A stretch of DNA of 38,285 nt. Source: a virus. Taxonomy: Duplodnaviria > Caudoviricetes. The DNA is taken from the IMG/VR virus record IMGVR_UViG_3300016474_000553, positions 1 to 38,285 of that record; one strand, written 5' to 3'. The notes under the pieces were generated by a model. The model did not search any database, was not told where the DNA came from, and was given only the letters and a program-made list of their open reading frames with translations. Positions 9,079-20,126 of the stretch are shown here, piece after piece (position 1 is the stretch's first letter; each line of letters begins with the position of its first letter). A program made the translations under genes and the position numbers.

Positions 9079-10007
9079 ACTAGTTCTAGTTTTTTCTCAA
9101 ACAAGTTTGAGAATGTTAATGGTTGAGTGATTTGTATTAGTTTAGTAAAGTTTTCAAAACCCATTTCGCTTGGGTCTTTATCTTGTAACTCTACTAAATA
9201 TACTTCTTTACCCTCGTTTAATAGCTCTTCACAAAATGTTAAAGCTTGTTTAATAGCATCTTTATCTAATGCTATATATATTTTTTGTACCTGTGAGGTA
9301 ACTAGTTTTTTCTTTAATTTATCCTGAATGTTTTTACCTAATAGAGGTATTACATTGCGTTTAATAGCCATCATATCAAATGGACCTTCACATAAAATGA
9401 TAGGTACATTCCAGTTTATAAAAAATTCAAATGGAACAATATTTCTTGATACATTTGGATTCTTATATTTGGATCTAGAAAATTCTTCAAATCCTCTAGA
9501 GGTAAAATAATTTAAATTACCTTTTTCATCATATGAAGGTATAACAACCATATTAGCATAAGGTCCATGTTCACAGTAACCAATTTGGTATTTTAATATA
9601 TCATATTTAGTAATACCACGGCGTTTTAGGTAAGCTAAAGCGCGTCTACCAATGAGGTTATTATTAGTCACATCAGTTAACGGAATAAATTCTTCAGGTA
9701 ATTTAACTTGCTCTAAATTAACTTCTGTATGTTCTGATTTGGAGGTGCCTACTAAGGAATGTAATGCTTGAAGTTTATCTAATGGTACTTCAACATGTTT
9801 AAACAGACGTGATAATTTTCTACCTTTAGTATTACATACCCAACAATGCCAAGGATTGTCACCTTTAGCATTTGTATCCATGTTAACCTCAAGTTTAGGT
9901 TTATGATGTTTACAAAATGGACAGTGATATGCTCTGTTATTTTTAGAAGTATTTTTACCTTTACCTAAAACAGAGTCCACTAAAGTTATTAACAACTGGT
10001 TTACCAT
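9075..10007 (-). CDS. DNA primase (zinc finger + Toprim)
   Basis: CPFC..H...HCWVC zinc finger; CEGPFD, ALDKDA and KDPSE Toprim motifs. Confidence 0.9.
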   Translation of the reverse strand: MVNQLLITLVDSVLGKGKNTSKNNRAYHCPFCKHHKPKLEVNMDTNAKGDNPWHCWVCNTKGRKLSRLFKHVEVPLDKLQALHSLVGTSKSEHTEVNLEQVKLPEEFIPLTDVTNNNLIGRRALAYLKRRGITKYDILKYQIGYCEHGPYANMVVIPSYDEKGNLNYFTSRGFEEFSRSKYKNPNVSRNIVPFEFFINWNVPIILCEGPFDMMAIKRNVIPLLGKNIQDKLKKKLVTSQVQKIYIALDKDAIKQALTFCEELLNEGKEVYLVELQDKDPSEMGFENFTKLIQITQPLTFSNLFEKKLELV

Positions 10008-10010
10008 ACA

Positions 10011-10487
10011 TTATAATGTATGAAGAAGAGCATTAGGGGCAAAGTCTTTTTTGAAAAACTTACCTAACACATTATCATTATAACTGTTTACAAATAATAC
10101 ATTATACTTACACTGGTAAGCGGTTTCCCAATATGTAAGTTCTTTTTTAGTTCTTACTAATTTAATAATTTTTCTGGTGAATGCTAAATTACCATTAGCT
10201 TTTATTTCTTCTAATATTTCTTTATTAGAACCCCAATATGTAGCCCAATCAGATTCTTTTTGTACTCTTTTAGTAGTTGCTTTCCTACCAGGGCCTGATT
10301 GTTCAGCTAGTTCTTTTTTAGTGAGTTTTTTCTTTACATTGTGATAAAGACTTTTTTTACCAATGTAAAATCTACCTGTTATTGTATTTTTGATTTCATA
10401 GATAAAACCAAAACATTCTTGTGGGAAGTCTTCTATTGTTTTAAATTCTCTGACTTCCACATTTTCATACCAAAACCAATTATTCAT
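10011..10487 (-). CDS. GIY-YIG family endonuclease
   Basis: GFIYEIKN...FYIGKK; YWGS; E and YN catalytic-type positions. Confidence 0.8.
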   Translation of the reverse strand: MNNWFWYENVEVREFKTIEDFPQECFGFIYEIKNTITGRFYIGKKSLYHNVKKKLTKKELAEQSGPGRKATTKRVQKESDWATYWGSNKEILEEIKANGNLAFTRKIIKLVRTKKELTYWETAYQCKYNVLFVNSYNDNVLGKFFKKDFAPNALLHTL

Positions 10488-10490
10488 ATT

Positions 10491-11342
10491 TTAAAAGTTT
10501 AAACCTATTTGTATTAATAACTCGTTATTGAAGTTTTTATTATATGGTCTAGGGAGTTTGGCTGTTGCCATTAACTCATTATTATCATTATATAAACCAA
10601 CAGTTGTAATATATGTCTGAGGATTATCATACCAATCTCTATTAATTATTTTTCCTGAACTACCTGAGATAAAGCTTGGGTTCATTGAATAATTATATTG
10701 GTTATTTCGAGCTCTTATAAAAACATGGTTTGTTGGGGTTGGGTTTAAAGTTCTAAGAGCAAAATTAGTATTAGCGGAAGCTACAAGAATCAACCCAACA
10801 TCTGGTAGGAAAAGACCTAGTGATGCTCCAGTACCATAACCTAATCTAAATTTACCATTTGGTAGACTAGGAGCAGGTTTTAAATCATAAGCTCTACCAC
10901 AGTTTAAAATTCTAGGGGGATTTATATTACTATCATCAGTGAGGTTTCCCATTTTTATACTACCTGGAAGGAGCGGTAATGGGATATTTTTAGATACAGC
11001 TACAACAGAAAAATTTGATGTTGCCGCTCCTCCCCATGTGATATCAGCATTAGCATCTCCAACTACTATATTACGAATAGCTCCATAAACTGCTCGTTGA
11101 TAAGGGTCACCATTTTTACTAGCACCAGTTCTACTCCATTGAATATTAGCAGGATTATCAATATAGTAATTAGTCACTGTCCCTAGGGATGAATTAACTT
11201 CATATGTCACATCTTGTGTCCCCCAAGATGGAATAGTATCAGTGTCTCCTACAGGATTGCCATTCTCATCTCTCCAACATGATATTGAAAGAGCATCATT
11301 ATTAAAAACAAAGTCTGCGGGGTCTATTCTTGTTAATGGCAT
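10491..11342 (-). CDS. Baseplate/tail-collar-like structural protein, paralog 1
   Basis: C-terminal YITTVGLYNDNNELMATAKL shared with three neighbours; lies in tail module. Confidence 0.6.
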   Translation of the reverse strand: MPLTRIDPADFVFNNDALSISCWRDENGNPVGDTDTIPSWGTQDVTYEVNSSLGTVTNYYIDNPANIQWSRTGASKNGDPYQRAVYGAIRNIVVGDANADITWGGAATSNFSVVAVSKNIPLPLLPGSIKMGNLTDDSNINPPRILNCGRAYDLKPAPSLPNGKFRLGYGTGASLGLFLPDVGLILVASANTNFALRTLNPTPTNHVFIRARNNQYNYSMNPSFISGSSGKIINRDWYDNPQTYITTVGLYNDNNELMATAKLPRPYNKNFNNELLIQIGLNF

Positions 11343-11343
11343 A

Positions 11344-12222
11344 TTATTTATCCATATTAATAACTATGTTCATATCAACTGTTCTACTTGTAGGTATAGG
11401 TTGGCTTAATTTAGCTACAGCTAATAACTCATTATTCGTATCATAAAGTCCTACTGTTGTGACATATGGGGAGAAAGCAGAACCAGTTACAAAACTATAA
11501 ACATCACCACTAGTATTGACAGGAGCTCCATTTGAATTGACTGGGTTGGTTAATTCAGTTCCAGATAGTAATGTTGGGTTTAATGAGTAATTAAACTCAT
11601 CTGGTCTGATGGTGCATTTATATTGGGTTTCATATATAGTTCTTGTAGGGCGAAAAGTAACATTTATGTTACCTGTAAGAGTAGCTGCAGATTGATTTGT
11701 TAGAATTATTATACCATGAGTATAAATAACATTTCCCACATATTCAAAAGTATTAACATTAAGTATATTACCTTGACCATCATCTGTATACCCTGAAAAG
11801 GAAAGACTGCTTGGTTTTATATAATCTCCAAACAAAGATTGAGGTATAATTCCTACAGATATTATATCATTTGCCCCAGTAGGAAAGTTTTTAGCGGGAT
11901 ATAAACCACTTTGTAAAAAGTTATCATATCTGCTATTAACATTAGCTGTTAAACTTCCTTCAACTACATTTCCTTGACTATCAGTCACTATATAAGGTTG
12001 AGGATTATTACCTAAAGTATTACTATAATATAGTTGTTTTGCAGAAGCATATACTAATGAAGCTGAGGGCCAGGGAGATGGGTTAGTCAAATCATCAGTA
12101 GAACCATAAGTAGTGTTTTTCCCTTTAAGAAAAGTAATAGGAGCTGAGTTGGATACACTTCCATATACTACTAATGGAGATACAATTATATCTTGTGATG
12201 TTAATGATTTGAAGGCACCCAT
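11344..12222 (-). CDS. Baseplate/tail-collar-like structural protein, paralog 2
   Basis: EFNYSLNP...YVTTVGLYDTNNELLAVAKLSQP. Confidence 0.6.
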   Translation of the reverse strand: MGAFKSLTSQDIIVSPLVVYGSVSNSAPITFLKGKNTTYGSTDDLTNPSPWPSASLVYASAKQLYYSNTLGNNPQPYIVTDSQGNVVEGSLTANVNSRYDNFLQSGLYPAKNFPTGANDIISVGIIPQSLFGDYIKPSSLSFSGYTDDGQGNILNVNTFEYVGNVIYTHGIIILTNQSAATLTGNINVTFRPTRTIYETQYKCTIRPDEFNYSLNPTLLSGTELTNPVNSNGAPVNTSGDVYSFVTGSAFSPYVTTVGLYDTNNELLAVAKLSQPIPTSRTVDMNIVINMDK

Positions 12223-12226
12223 TCAT

Positions 12227-13207
12227 TTAGAAATCTAACTTAACACGTATTAAAGTTTCTTTAGTAAAATCCTTTTTAAGAGGTTTTGACAATTTGGCTA
12301 CTGCTAATAATTCATTATTATCATTATACATTCCTACAGATGTGATATATGTGGTTGGATTTTGAATAAAATCACTATATAGAATTGTTCCAGCACTAGA
12401 AGAAACAGCAAAACTTGGGTTTACTGAATAATTAAATTCTGCGTTTCTGGCTCTACAAAATACAAAATCTGAGGTTACTGTTTCTTCACCTTGAAGGTAA
12501 AATTCATCTAGTAAACCTCTTAAAGCTTCTGGGTTTTGGTCGTTTTCGTCTGTGTTTCTCTGCACACCATAATTAGCTGCTCTAGTATTTAATAGTATAA
12601 CACCTACATCAGGGTATAAGTAACCATATACACCATTAGTAGCACCCGCAGGCATTACTCCATCACCAAAACTACCAGAACCTAAAGTATATCTTCTACC
12701 AGCATTAGTATAATCAACAGTTGGTGTTACTCTACTGTCATCTGTTAGATATATACTTCCAAGAGAAGAAATACGTAATTGAAGACTTCCAGGTTTAATA
12801 GCTTGTTTATAACGAGCTCTATTAACCACTATAGCTAAAAAATCTTCATTAGCATTTGCTGGTCCTCCAAAATCAAAAGAGGCACCTTCGTCTTCGCCTA
12901 ATAATAAATTTACAAATTGGCCATAAACTGTTCTAGAAGGTGATAAACCCGGAACATTATCATTATATAAAGTAGTTCCTTGACCATTCATATTTCCATA
13001 TGCTATTGCAAATTGAATTTCAGCATTTTCATCTGAATCGGGGTCAGTATTATAAATGTTAATATAGTAAGGAGCACTAGGACCTGTTGTTTGAGCATCA
13101 CTAGTAATAAAACTAGTTAAAGGAGTAACATTATCTGTCCATGCGGGAGTAATAATTGAGTCAGCACTCACTAAAAAATCCTCAGGATCTAATCTTTTAA
13201 ATGACAT
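12227..13207 (-). CDS. Baseplate/tail-collar-like structural protein, paralog 3
   Basis: MSFKRLDPEDF...EFNYSVNP...YITSVGMYNDNNELLAVAKLSKPLKKDF. Confidence 0.6.
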   Translation of the reverse strand: MSFKRLDPEDFLVSADSIITPAWTDNVTPLTSFITSDAQTTGPSAPYYINIYNTDPDSDENAEIQFAIAYGNMNGQGTTLYNDNVPGLSPSRTVYGQFVNLLLGEDEGASFDFGGPANANEDFLAIVVNRARYKQAIKPGSLQLRISSLGSIYLTDDSRVTPTVDYTNAGRRYTLGSGSFGDGVMPAGATNGVYGYLYPDVGVILLNTRAANYGVQRNTDENDQNPEALRGLLDEFYLQGEETVTSDFVFCRARNAEFNYSVNPSFAVSSSAGTILYSDFIQNPTTYITSVGMYNDNNELLAVAKLSKPLKKDFTKETLIRVKLDF

Positions 13208-13218
13208 GTTTTAATGTA

Positions 13219-13884
13219 TTAACAATTTGTATTTTTATTAACTTGAACAGGAACTACTATTCTAGCACCACTGTCTCTACCAACAACTACTAATGAAGTA
13301 GATAATTGAGTCACACCTTCAGGAAATAAAGCATTTGTTGTTGTGGCAGTTAAATTAATAGTTGTACCAACTACTGTTTTAGAAACAGCTGCTCCTAAAG
13401 TTGTTGTTGAATTTAATGCGGTGGCTTGAGCTGTGTTGATGCCTACACCATTATAACTACTTAATAAACGTACATCACCAATAGTAGCTACATATCCTGA
13501 TGATTCATAGGTTTGGGTTCCACCTAAATAATTAAGTGTTTGAGGTGTAATTGCGATTGAAGCACCTTGGTATAATGAAATTACTTGATAACCAACATCT
13601 AAAATAGGTAATTTAGAAGTACCTCTAGGGAGAGTAGTAAGTAAATATTTCATTGCTTGTGTTTCATCAGGAAATGCTTCTAATAAAGGCATATTATCAA
13701 TTGCTTGACCATAAAACGCTGATCCAAGTGGATTATCAGGATCCCATAAAGTATAATCAATTTCATCATCTGCTAAAGCAAATTGTGTAATTCTAAAAGA
13801 ACCATCATTTCTAGCTAACAATTCTCTACCTTTTCTTGTTAAGATGGCATCTACTGTAACTATTGAATTATTAAGATATCCCAT
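13219..13884 (-). CDS. Conserved virion structural protein of the tail/baseplate module
   Basis: DAILTRKGRELLA...ITQFALADDEIDY; beta-rich C-terminus; ATATTTAT motif upstream. Confidence 0.6.
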   Translation of the reverse strand: MGYLNNSIVTVDAILTRKGRELLARNDGSFRITQFALADDEIDYTLWDPDNPLGSAFYGQAIDNMPLLEAFPDETQAMKYLLTTLPRGTSKLPILDVGYQVISLYQGASIAITPQTLNYLGGTQTYESSGYVATIGDVRLLSSYNGVGINTAQATALNSTTTLGAAVSKTVVGTTINLTATTTNALFPEGVTQLSTSLVVVGRDSGARIVVPVQVNKNTNC

Positions 13885-13920
13885 TTTTTATAGATTATTT
13901 TTATTATAAATATTATATGT

Positions 13921-14922
13921 TTAAAAGTCTAATTTAACACGTATTAAAGCTTCAGTAGTGAAATCTTTTTTAAGTGGTTTTGATAGTTTAGCTACTGCTA
14001 ATAATTCATTATTATCATTATACAAACCCACTGAAGTGATATATGTTGGAGGGGTTTTTATAAAATCATTATTTATAGCATTGCTTGAACCTGTTATGTT
14101 TCTAGTAGAGGAGATGAAATTATTTTGAGTTGAAAAATTAAATTCATTATTTCTAGCTCTACAAAATATATAATTTGATGTTATTATTTCTTGACTTTGA
14201 AGAGAAAATTCAGTTATATATTGTCTTAACCTTTCAGGATTATTCATGTTTTCATCACTATCTCTTTTCCAAGCGTTAGACTGTACAGTACTATTAAAAG
14301 ATTCAGGATTTAATAATATAACCCCTATATCTGGGTATAGGTAACCATATGATACTAAACCTCTATAAGGAGCACCATCACCAAAGCTACCTGATCCCAA
14401 AGCATATCTTCTTCCAGCTGGGGTGTAGCTTAAACTAGATGGTAATAAACTATTATCAGTTATATACACATTAGGATTTTCACCTAAACCTTTAATACGA
14501 AGACTACCAGGTAAAATAGCTTGTTTATAACGAGTTCTATTAATTATAATAGCAAAAAACGCTTCTGTGGTAGTAGATTCTCCAAAATCAAAAGAGGCAC
14601 CTTCATCTTCACCTAATAACAAATTTACAAATTGACCATAAACTGTTTTTGATGGAGATATTCCTGGATTTGCTGGGCTATACCATAATGATCCTGATCC
14701 TTTAGGATCACCATATGTTATAGAAAACTGAATTTCAGCGTTTTCATTAACTATAGGATCAAGATTATACACATCAATATAGTACTGGCCATTAGAAGAA
14801 TCTTGTTGAAGACTAGATGTATAAAGAGATGTCAGTGAAGCTGTAAAATTTGACCAAGCAGGAGCTGATATTGAGTCAATTCCAAATGTAAAATCTTCTG
14901 GGTCTAATCTTTTAAATGACAT
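13921..14922 (-). CDS. Baseplate/tail-collar-like structural protein, paralog 4 (close duplicate of 12227..13207)
   Basis: Same N-terminus MSFKRLDPEDF and identical block VYGQFVNLLLGEDEGASFDFG. Confidence 0.6.
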   Translation of the reverse strand: MSFKRLDPEDFTFGIDSISAPAWSNFTASLTSLYTSSLQQDSSNGQYYIDVYNLDPIVNENAEIQFSITYGDPKGSGSLWYSPANPGISPSKTVYGQFVNLLLGEDEGASFDFGESTTTEAFFAIIINRTRYKQAILPGSLRIKGLGENPNVYITDNSLLPSSLSYTPAGRRYALGSGSFGDGAPYRGLVSYGYLYPDIGVILLNPESFNSTVQSNAWKRDSDENMNNPERLRQYITEFSLQSQEIITSNYIFCRARNNEFNFSTQNNFISSTRNITGSSNAINNDFIKTPPTYITSVGLYNDNNELLAVAKLSKPLKKDFTTEALIRVKLDF

Positions 14923-14937
14923 ATTTTAATATAAATA

Positions 14938-16488
14938 TTATTGTATTATTTCTCTCTCAGTTAAATCTGTGATAATCTTATCATAATTATCTACTAATTC
15001 TTGAGATACAAATTCAGGTTGAAGAATACCTGAATATGCACCTCCAGGGGCATCTTTATTCACATCTAAGGTAATATATACTCCGTCATTTACCACTCGA
15101 TAAACTATAAAATGATTTAAAGTTGAAGCATTAATATCACCTGTATCTAAATTACTTATAGCAGGAGTGACATATAAGGCTATTGTTGAAATACTCCCAA
15201 AATCTAATTCTCTAACTCTATATATAGTATGAATTCTAGTTTTATCATAATTAAATCTTATAAAATCTCCAGGTTTAATATCACTAAAAGGAATTTTAAT
15301 TTCAGAAAAACCAAATTCAACTGAGGATGAGTCAAGATTTTGGATAAGATCTGATTCATATATAGAATAAAAAGATGGGTTCATGGTTAAAGTAGTATAA
15401 CCACCATTATATGAATTATAAAAATTAGTTAAACCATCAATGTAGTCAGAATAAACAGCATTTACTCCTTCAGTTAAAAGTACTTGTTGTTCACCTTCAA
15501 AAATTGTACCGGCTGGGATGTCTTGGTATACATAAAAAATTGAATTAGTTCTTCCATCATCATTACCTTTGATTCTAATTTGGTTATCAGAGTCACCATT
15601 AGAAACTTTAGCTTGAACTTTAAAAACATCATTTTGGTTATAATCAAACCATGGACTAAAACCTGATGACCAAGTTCCTGATGCTCCATTAGATATAGTA
15701 CTAATACCATCAGAATTAGTCATACCTGATTCCCATATTTGGGTACCATTTTTAAGAACACGGATCATTATATAATTTTCTCGATAAGTACCATTGGCAG
15801 GCCAACCTGCTTCAATATATAATCCAATTTTAAATCTTATACGAGTGGCTGTTTCTAAAGAACTACTTTGAATAATTTTATTAATTGAATCAGTATTATC
15901 CCAAACATTAGGATCACCTCCAGATAAAAAATTAAGAAAAGGAAGATCAGAATATGTAGTTTGATTAAAAGTATCTTGTGAACTTTGTTTTTGAAATTTA
16001 GCTGTCACATTAGCTACAGATATATTAGTGTTATATGTTGTTAATGGTCCAAAACTCATAGTAGTAATATAATCTGAGGTGTTTATACCATTTTCAGTCA
16101 CTAGAATAGGTACTATTCTCCCAACATGGGCTATCCTATGAGTTCCTTGTAATATCTCAGCATTCGGTATTTCATCTATTGTAGGGTCAGGTTCTATTAG
16201 TTTAACAATAGCATTTTTACCAACTTCAAAATTATCTACTAAATTATATAATCCTACAGCTTGAGGACTATCAACTACTGTGTAAGGTTCAGGATTAACA
16301 ACATTACCCTCAGTATCAATTAAATATTTTATAAAGTAAGCTGTTCCATCTATATATTCAGGACCTGTTCCCCCTACACCATCAAAATAAGCAAAATATG
16401 TTTGATTTTGTTCTGCGACTGCTTGTTTAGGAGTTGTTCCGTAATTAAATTTTTGAGAATCTAAAAGTAACAAAGGATTTTGAGCCAT
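14938..16488 (-). CDS. Virion structural protein (baseplate/fibre-associated, beta-rich)
   Basis: 516 aa, S/T/N/G-rich, within tail module. Confidence 0.55.
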   Translation of the reverse strand: MAQNPLLLLDSQKFNYGTTPKQAVAEQNQTYFAYFDGVGGTGPEYIDGTAYFIKYLIDTEGNVVNPEPYTVVDSPQAVGLYNLVDNFEVGKNAIVKLIEPDPTIDEIPNAEILQGTHRIAHVGRIVPILVTENGINTSDYITTMSFGPLTTYNTNISVANVTAKFQKQSSQDTFNQTTYSDLPFLNFLSGGDPNVWDNTDSINKIIQSSSLETATRIRFKIGLYIEAGWPANGTYRENYIMIRVLKNGTQIWESGMTNSDGISTISNGASGTWSSGFSPWFDYNQNDVFKVQAKVSNGDSDNQIRIKGNDDGRTNSIFYVYQDIPAGTIFEGEQQVLLTEGVNAVYSDYIDGLTNFYNSYNGGYTTLTMNPSFYSIYESDLIQNLDSSSVEFGFSEIKIPFSDIKPGDFIRFNYDKTRIHTIYRVRELDFGSISTIALYVTPAISNLDTGDINASTLNHFIVYRVVNDGVYITLDVNKDAPGGAYSGILQPEFVSQELVDNYDKIITDLTEREIIQ

Positions 16489-16502
16489 AATTTTTTATTT
16501 AT

Positions 16503-19500
16503 TTACACAGGTATATTAAAATTGAGTGAGCTAGCTCTTGATCCATTATATCTAATATTAGACCAAGCTTTTGAAGAATAATTTGAATCTTGTACTGCTG
16601 CTTTACTAGCTGAAAGAGAAATAAGAGCACCAAAATTATATGGAGTTAAAACACCTGTTCCGTAGTCTACATCCATATAGTGGGTTGATGTCACATCTAC
16701 TACTGTGTTATTAATTATAGGGTTATATTCATAATAATCCCAAACAATAGGATCTTTCCCAAAAGTATCTGGGAATAGGGTTATGGGTGCTAGAGCAGGG
16801 AAAGGATTATTATCAGGGGATGTCCAAGGTAAAGGTGTAGGAGTAGTAGAATATCCATAGAAAACACCTCCATCATCTTCAGCAGCTTCTCCCACAGGAA
16901 CTGTAATATACCAAAAATTTGTTCCTGTATAAAAAGGTATAGTGACTGTTTGTAAATACTGTAAAACATTACTATAATCATTTCCTCCAGCATTAGTTCC
17001 TATTTTTATATATTCTATAGTATATCTATAAATCGGTACAGGAGGTACTCCAGTAAGTGTATCTGTTCGTTCTTTTCTTACCCAAACATATACATCACCA
17101 CCTGAGGGATTATAATCATTTATAAAATCAGAAAATCTAACGTTATTACTATAATAATATGCTACTTGACGTGAAGGATTATTAATAGTTAACGGGGCAT
17201 CAGCATATTTGTATGAGTTATCAGGATTTAATTCTCCATTGGTAGCCACTGTAGGGTAATAAGGTAATTCTCCATTATAAAATTCAGCTTGATCATCATG
17301 AGTGAATAAAACAGGACCTGTAGGGGTTATAATTGTTTCAACCCAAGATTGAGTATTATTAACACTAGGTGTTAAGGAATTATAAGCATCAAAAGTACCA
17401 CCTGTTCCTCCCTCAATAAAAGCAGTATTAATTAATCCATTATATATACTACTACTAAAGAAAACTTGTGGTTGAACAATTTTACTTCTTTCTAATAAGT
17501 GTGGTTTAATAGTAATACCTGATTTTAGATTTGTCCTTGCGGGTATAAAATCTTTAATCATATTAAATAATGAATTATCAAAGTATTTTATTAAACGAAT
17601 ATAGGTTATAGGTTTAAGTTCATTATTATTTAATAAACCAAGAGCCTCATCTTGTAAATCTGGGTAGTAAGGTAAAAAAGTTTGAGTAGGATCTCCAATA
17701 TATGTTCCTATATCAAAATTAGGTAAATTACCAGGTTGTTTAATGAAATTATCTATATCATTCTGAGGAGAAAATGTTATTTCTACTGTGTTAACACTAG
17801 GGGATAGACTATCAGCTGAGCCTATGTAACTATTATAATTTTGTAATATACTTTGTTGAGGTGATAGAACAAATTTGGGGATAAAAGCATAAGTACCATC
17901 TGTAGTATTTGGGGGTATGATTGATGCAAATGATCGAGACATTTGAGCACTAGTCAATATTTGAATATTATCAGTGACAATATCTTTAATACCTGTTACA
18001 GATTTAGCAGGATTCCATTCACCTCCAAATTCTCTTATAGTTAAAATAGAGCTAGTGATACCAAACATACTGATGATGTTTTGTAAGCCGGCTACTGTTC
18101 CTTTTGATTTTAATAAATAAGGTAAATTATGATAAATACGTTTATACATTTCCTTATTAACATCATCTATGGGTGTATAAAGAGACTGATCTGAAATAAA
18201 TCTATAATCATCTATAAATTCCCCATCATATCCTGTTGGGAGTGGGTTTGGTGAATTTGAACGAGTATAACTCCCAGGATTAAATCCTGTGAATGCGTCA
18301 AATAAATCACTCACTGAAAAATTATTTTGGTAGATTTTTAACCCAAATGATTTAATAGCATCTGCTACTAGATCTTTAGATATACCAAATTCTAAACGAT
18401 TATCTCCACTATAACGATTTGAAACATCTTTATAATAAATCCATATATTGTCATAGAACTGACCAACCATATCTACAAATACTCTATACGGATCATTTTG
18501 AGGGTCATCTGTTAGGTAAGTAGGTATAGTATTAATTAAATAATCTTTATTAAGAGCATCATAAAGTGAAGCACTTGCTATTGAGGATGAATACCAATTA
18601 TTAACAGGAGTTGTTCCCCATAATCGTAATTCATATGGAGGTGTTAATGTGCTTTTAGGATAAGCATTAGAGCCTGAATTGTAGTATAAATAATACTCAA
18701 ATCCATCAAAATTTTTAATTATATTAGATATTTTTTCTTGTAATATAACAGCACTTGTATTATCCGCGGTAGTAACTTCTTCTACTAAACTTAAACTTTT
18801 ATTATATTCTTCTAATAATTGAACTTTATATGTAAAATTTTTAATGCGAGATTCCGCAGATGAAAAATGAACAAAATTTGAAAAATCAGTATAATCAATT
18901 CCTACACTAACACTTTTATCTTCTAAATAAGAAAGAATTTGATCATATGATGATACTAAACTTGTATTTAATAATTGTTCATAATTGATATAGCTAGTTG
19001 AGTTATTAGTTCTATTCTTAATAGGTAAATCAAAATTTGGGCTTTTAAGAGTAGGATTAGTAATTCTAGGAACTATTACTTCAGGTTGGAATTGTATATT
19101 AAAAGCTAAAGGATCAGCTGTTTGAGTCACAATCCATAATGTATCTTTTAATCTAAACTGAGTAGGTAACGGTTCATATAGATTTATTAGAATTTCATAT
19201 TTAGGTTTAGTGGTATCAACTAATATGTTATTAGCTATAACTAAATTATTACTACCAAAATTTAAATAAAAATCTTGAAAATATTCTGGGTTGGAGTTTA
19301 AAACATTTTTAAAATCATTAACAGAAATTTCTAAAGAAGTATTAGTAAAATTGTTAGTACCTAATCTTAATTCTGTTCTATCACCTGAAATTTCTTTTAT
19401 GTAAAAAATTCTATCATTAGGAGATGAAGATAATTCTTTTCGCAAAAAACTATAAATAACATTATATTCACCATTAGTGAAACCTCTAGTTCTTAATTCT

Positions 19501-19754
19501 TTTTCAGGATTTAAATCAACATTAAACGAAGCACCATTACTAGCGTCAGTACTGGTTATAGAAATATTTTCAAGATTTTGATCTGTTATTTGAAATTCTT
19601 GATTTGGGGATAGTATTGTAAATTCAACATAATCTCCTTTACTAGGGTCAAAAATAGAGCTAATTATCTCAGGTGATAAAACAGATATATCTTGAGATGA
19701 ATAGGTTTGGAGTTCCAATGTAATTGGATCTATGTTATTTATAATGGTAGCCAT
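16503..19754 (-). CDS. Large baseplate wedge-like structural protein
   Basis: 1083 aa; IYHNLPYLLKSKGT (tail protein I/gp7-like KGT motif); downstream of the gp6-like gene. Confidence 0.6.
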   Translation of the reverse strand: MATIINNIDPITLELQTYSSQDISVLSPEIISSIFDPSKGDYVEFTILSPNQEFQITDQNLENISITSTDASNGASFNVDLNPEKELRTRGFTNGEYNVIYSFLRKELSSSPNDRIFYIKEISGDRTELRLGTNNFTNTSLEISVNDFKNVLNSNPEYFQDFYLNFGSNNLVIANNILVDTTKPKYEILINLYEPLPTQFRLKDTLWIVTQTADPLAFNIQFQPEVIVPRITNPTLKSPNFDLPIKNRTNNSTSYINYEQLLNTSLVSSYDQILSYLEDKSVSVGIDYTDFSNFVHFSSAESRIKNFTYKVQLLEEYNKSLSLVEEVTTADNTSAVILQEKISNIIKNFDGFEYYLYYNSGSNAYPKSTLTPPYELRLWGTTPVNNWYSSSIASASLYDALNKDYLINTIPTYLTDDPQNDPYRVFVDMVGQFYDNIWIYYKDVSNRYSGDNRLEFGISKDLVADAIKSFGLKIYQNNFSVSDLFDAFTGFNPGSYTRSNSPNPLPTGYDGEFIDDYRFISDQSLYTPIDDVNKEMYKRIYHNLPYLLKSKGTVAGLQNIISMFGITSSILTIREFGGEWNPAKSVTGIKDIVTDNIQILTSAQMSRSFASIIPPNTTDGTYAFIPKFVLSPQQSILQNYNSYIGSADSLSPSVNTVEITFSPQNDIDNFIKQPGNLPNFDIGTYIGDPTQTFLPYYPDLQDEALGLLNNNELKPITYIRLIKYFDNSLFNMIKDFIPARTNLKSGITIKPHLLERSKIVQPQVFFSSSIYNGLINTAFIEGGTGGTFDAYNSLTPSVNNTQSWVETIITPTGPVLFTHDDQAEFYNGELPYYPTVATNGELNPDNSYKYADAPLTINNPSRQVAYYYSNNVRFSDFINDYNPSGGDVYVWVRKERTDTLTGVPPVPIYRYTIEYIKIGTNAGGNDYSNVLQYLQTVTIPFYTGTNFWYITVPVGEAAEDDGGVFYGYSTTPTPLPWTSPDNNPFPALAPITLFPDTFGKDPIVWDYYEYNPIINNTVVDVTSTHYMDVDYGTGVLTPYNFGALISLSASKAAVQDSNYSSKAWSNIRYNGSRASSLNFNIPV

Positions 19755-19757
19755 TTA

Positions 19758-20126
19758 TTATAATGTTGGAACATTTATTGAAGTTGGAACACTAGCTGAA
19801 ATCTGTAGTGTTATTAATTGTTGGTTAGCCGCTAATAAATCTTGTCTTAGGATAGTTATTTCATCTAATAATGCTTGAACATCTTCACTAATCTGATCAG
19901 CATTTATGTAGTCTCCACTTTTAGCTACTATATAAGCATGAGAATTTGTTTCACCTTGTGATGGAATATCATAAAAGATAGCATTGTAAAGATTAAAAAA
20001 TTCAGTTACTGTTATAGTATCTTCTAAAGGGGGTGGAGGTATTGATACTTGGGAAAATGAAGTATCAATAGTATTTTCATACGCCTCTTTATTAAAAACT
20101 GTTCTATTTAAAGGATAATTAGCCAT
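19758..20126 (-). CDS. Hypothetical structural protein with C-terminal coiled coil
   Basis: 122 aa; VQALLDEITILRQDLL heptads. Confidence 0.65.
   Translation of the reverse strand: MANYPLNRTVFNKEAYENTIDTSFSQVSIPPPPLEDTITVTEFFNLYNAIFYDIPSQGETNSHAYIVAKSGDYINADQISEDVQALLDEITILRQDLLAANQQLITLQISASVPTSINVPTL

Noticed and set aside
12227-14922. Diversity-generating retroelement TR/VR pair
   Set aside because: Differences are mostly synonymous and not adenine-specific, both copies are intact genes, and no reverse transcriptase is present in the window
15474-16993. Nested minus-strand ORFs 15474..15710 and 16790..16993
   Set aside because: Out-of-frame ORFs inside long structural genes with no independent signals
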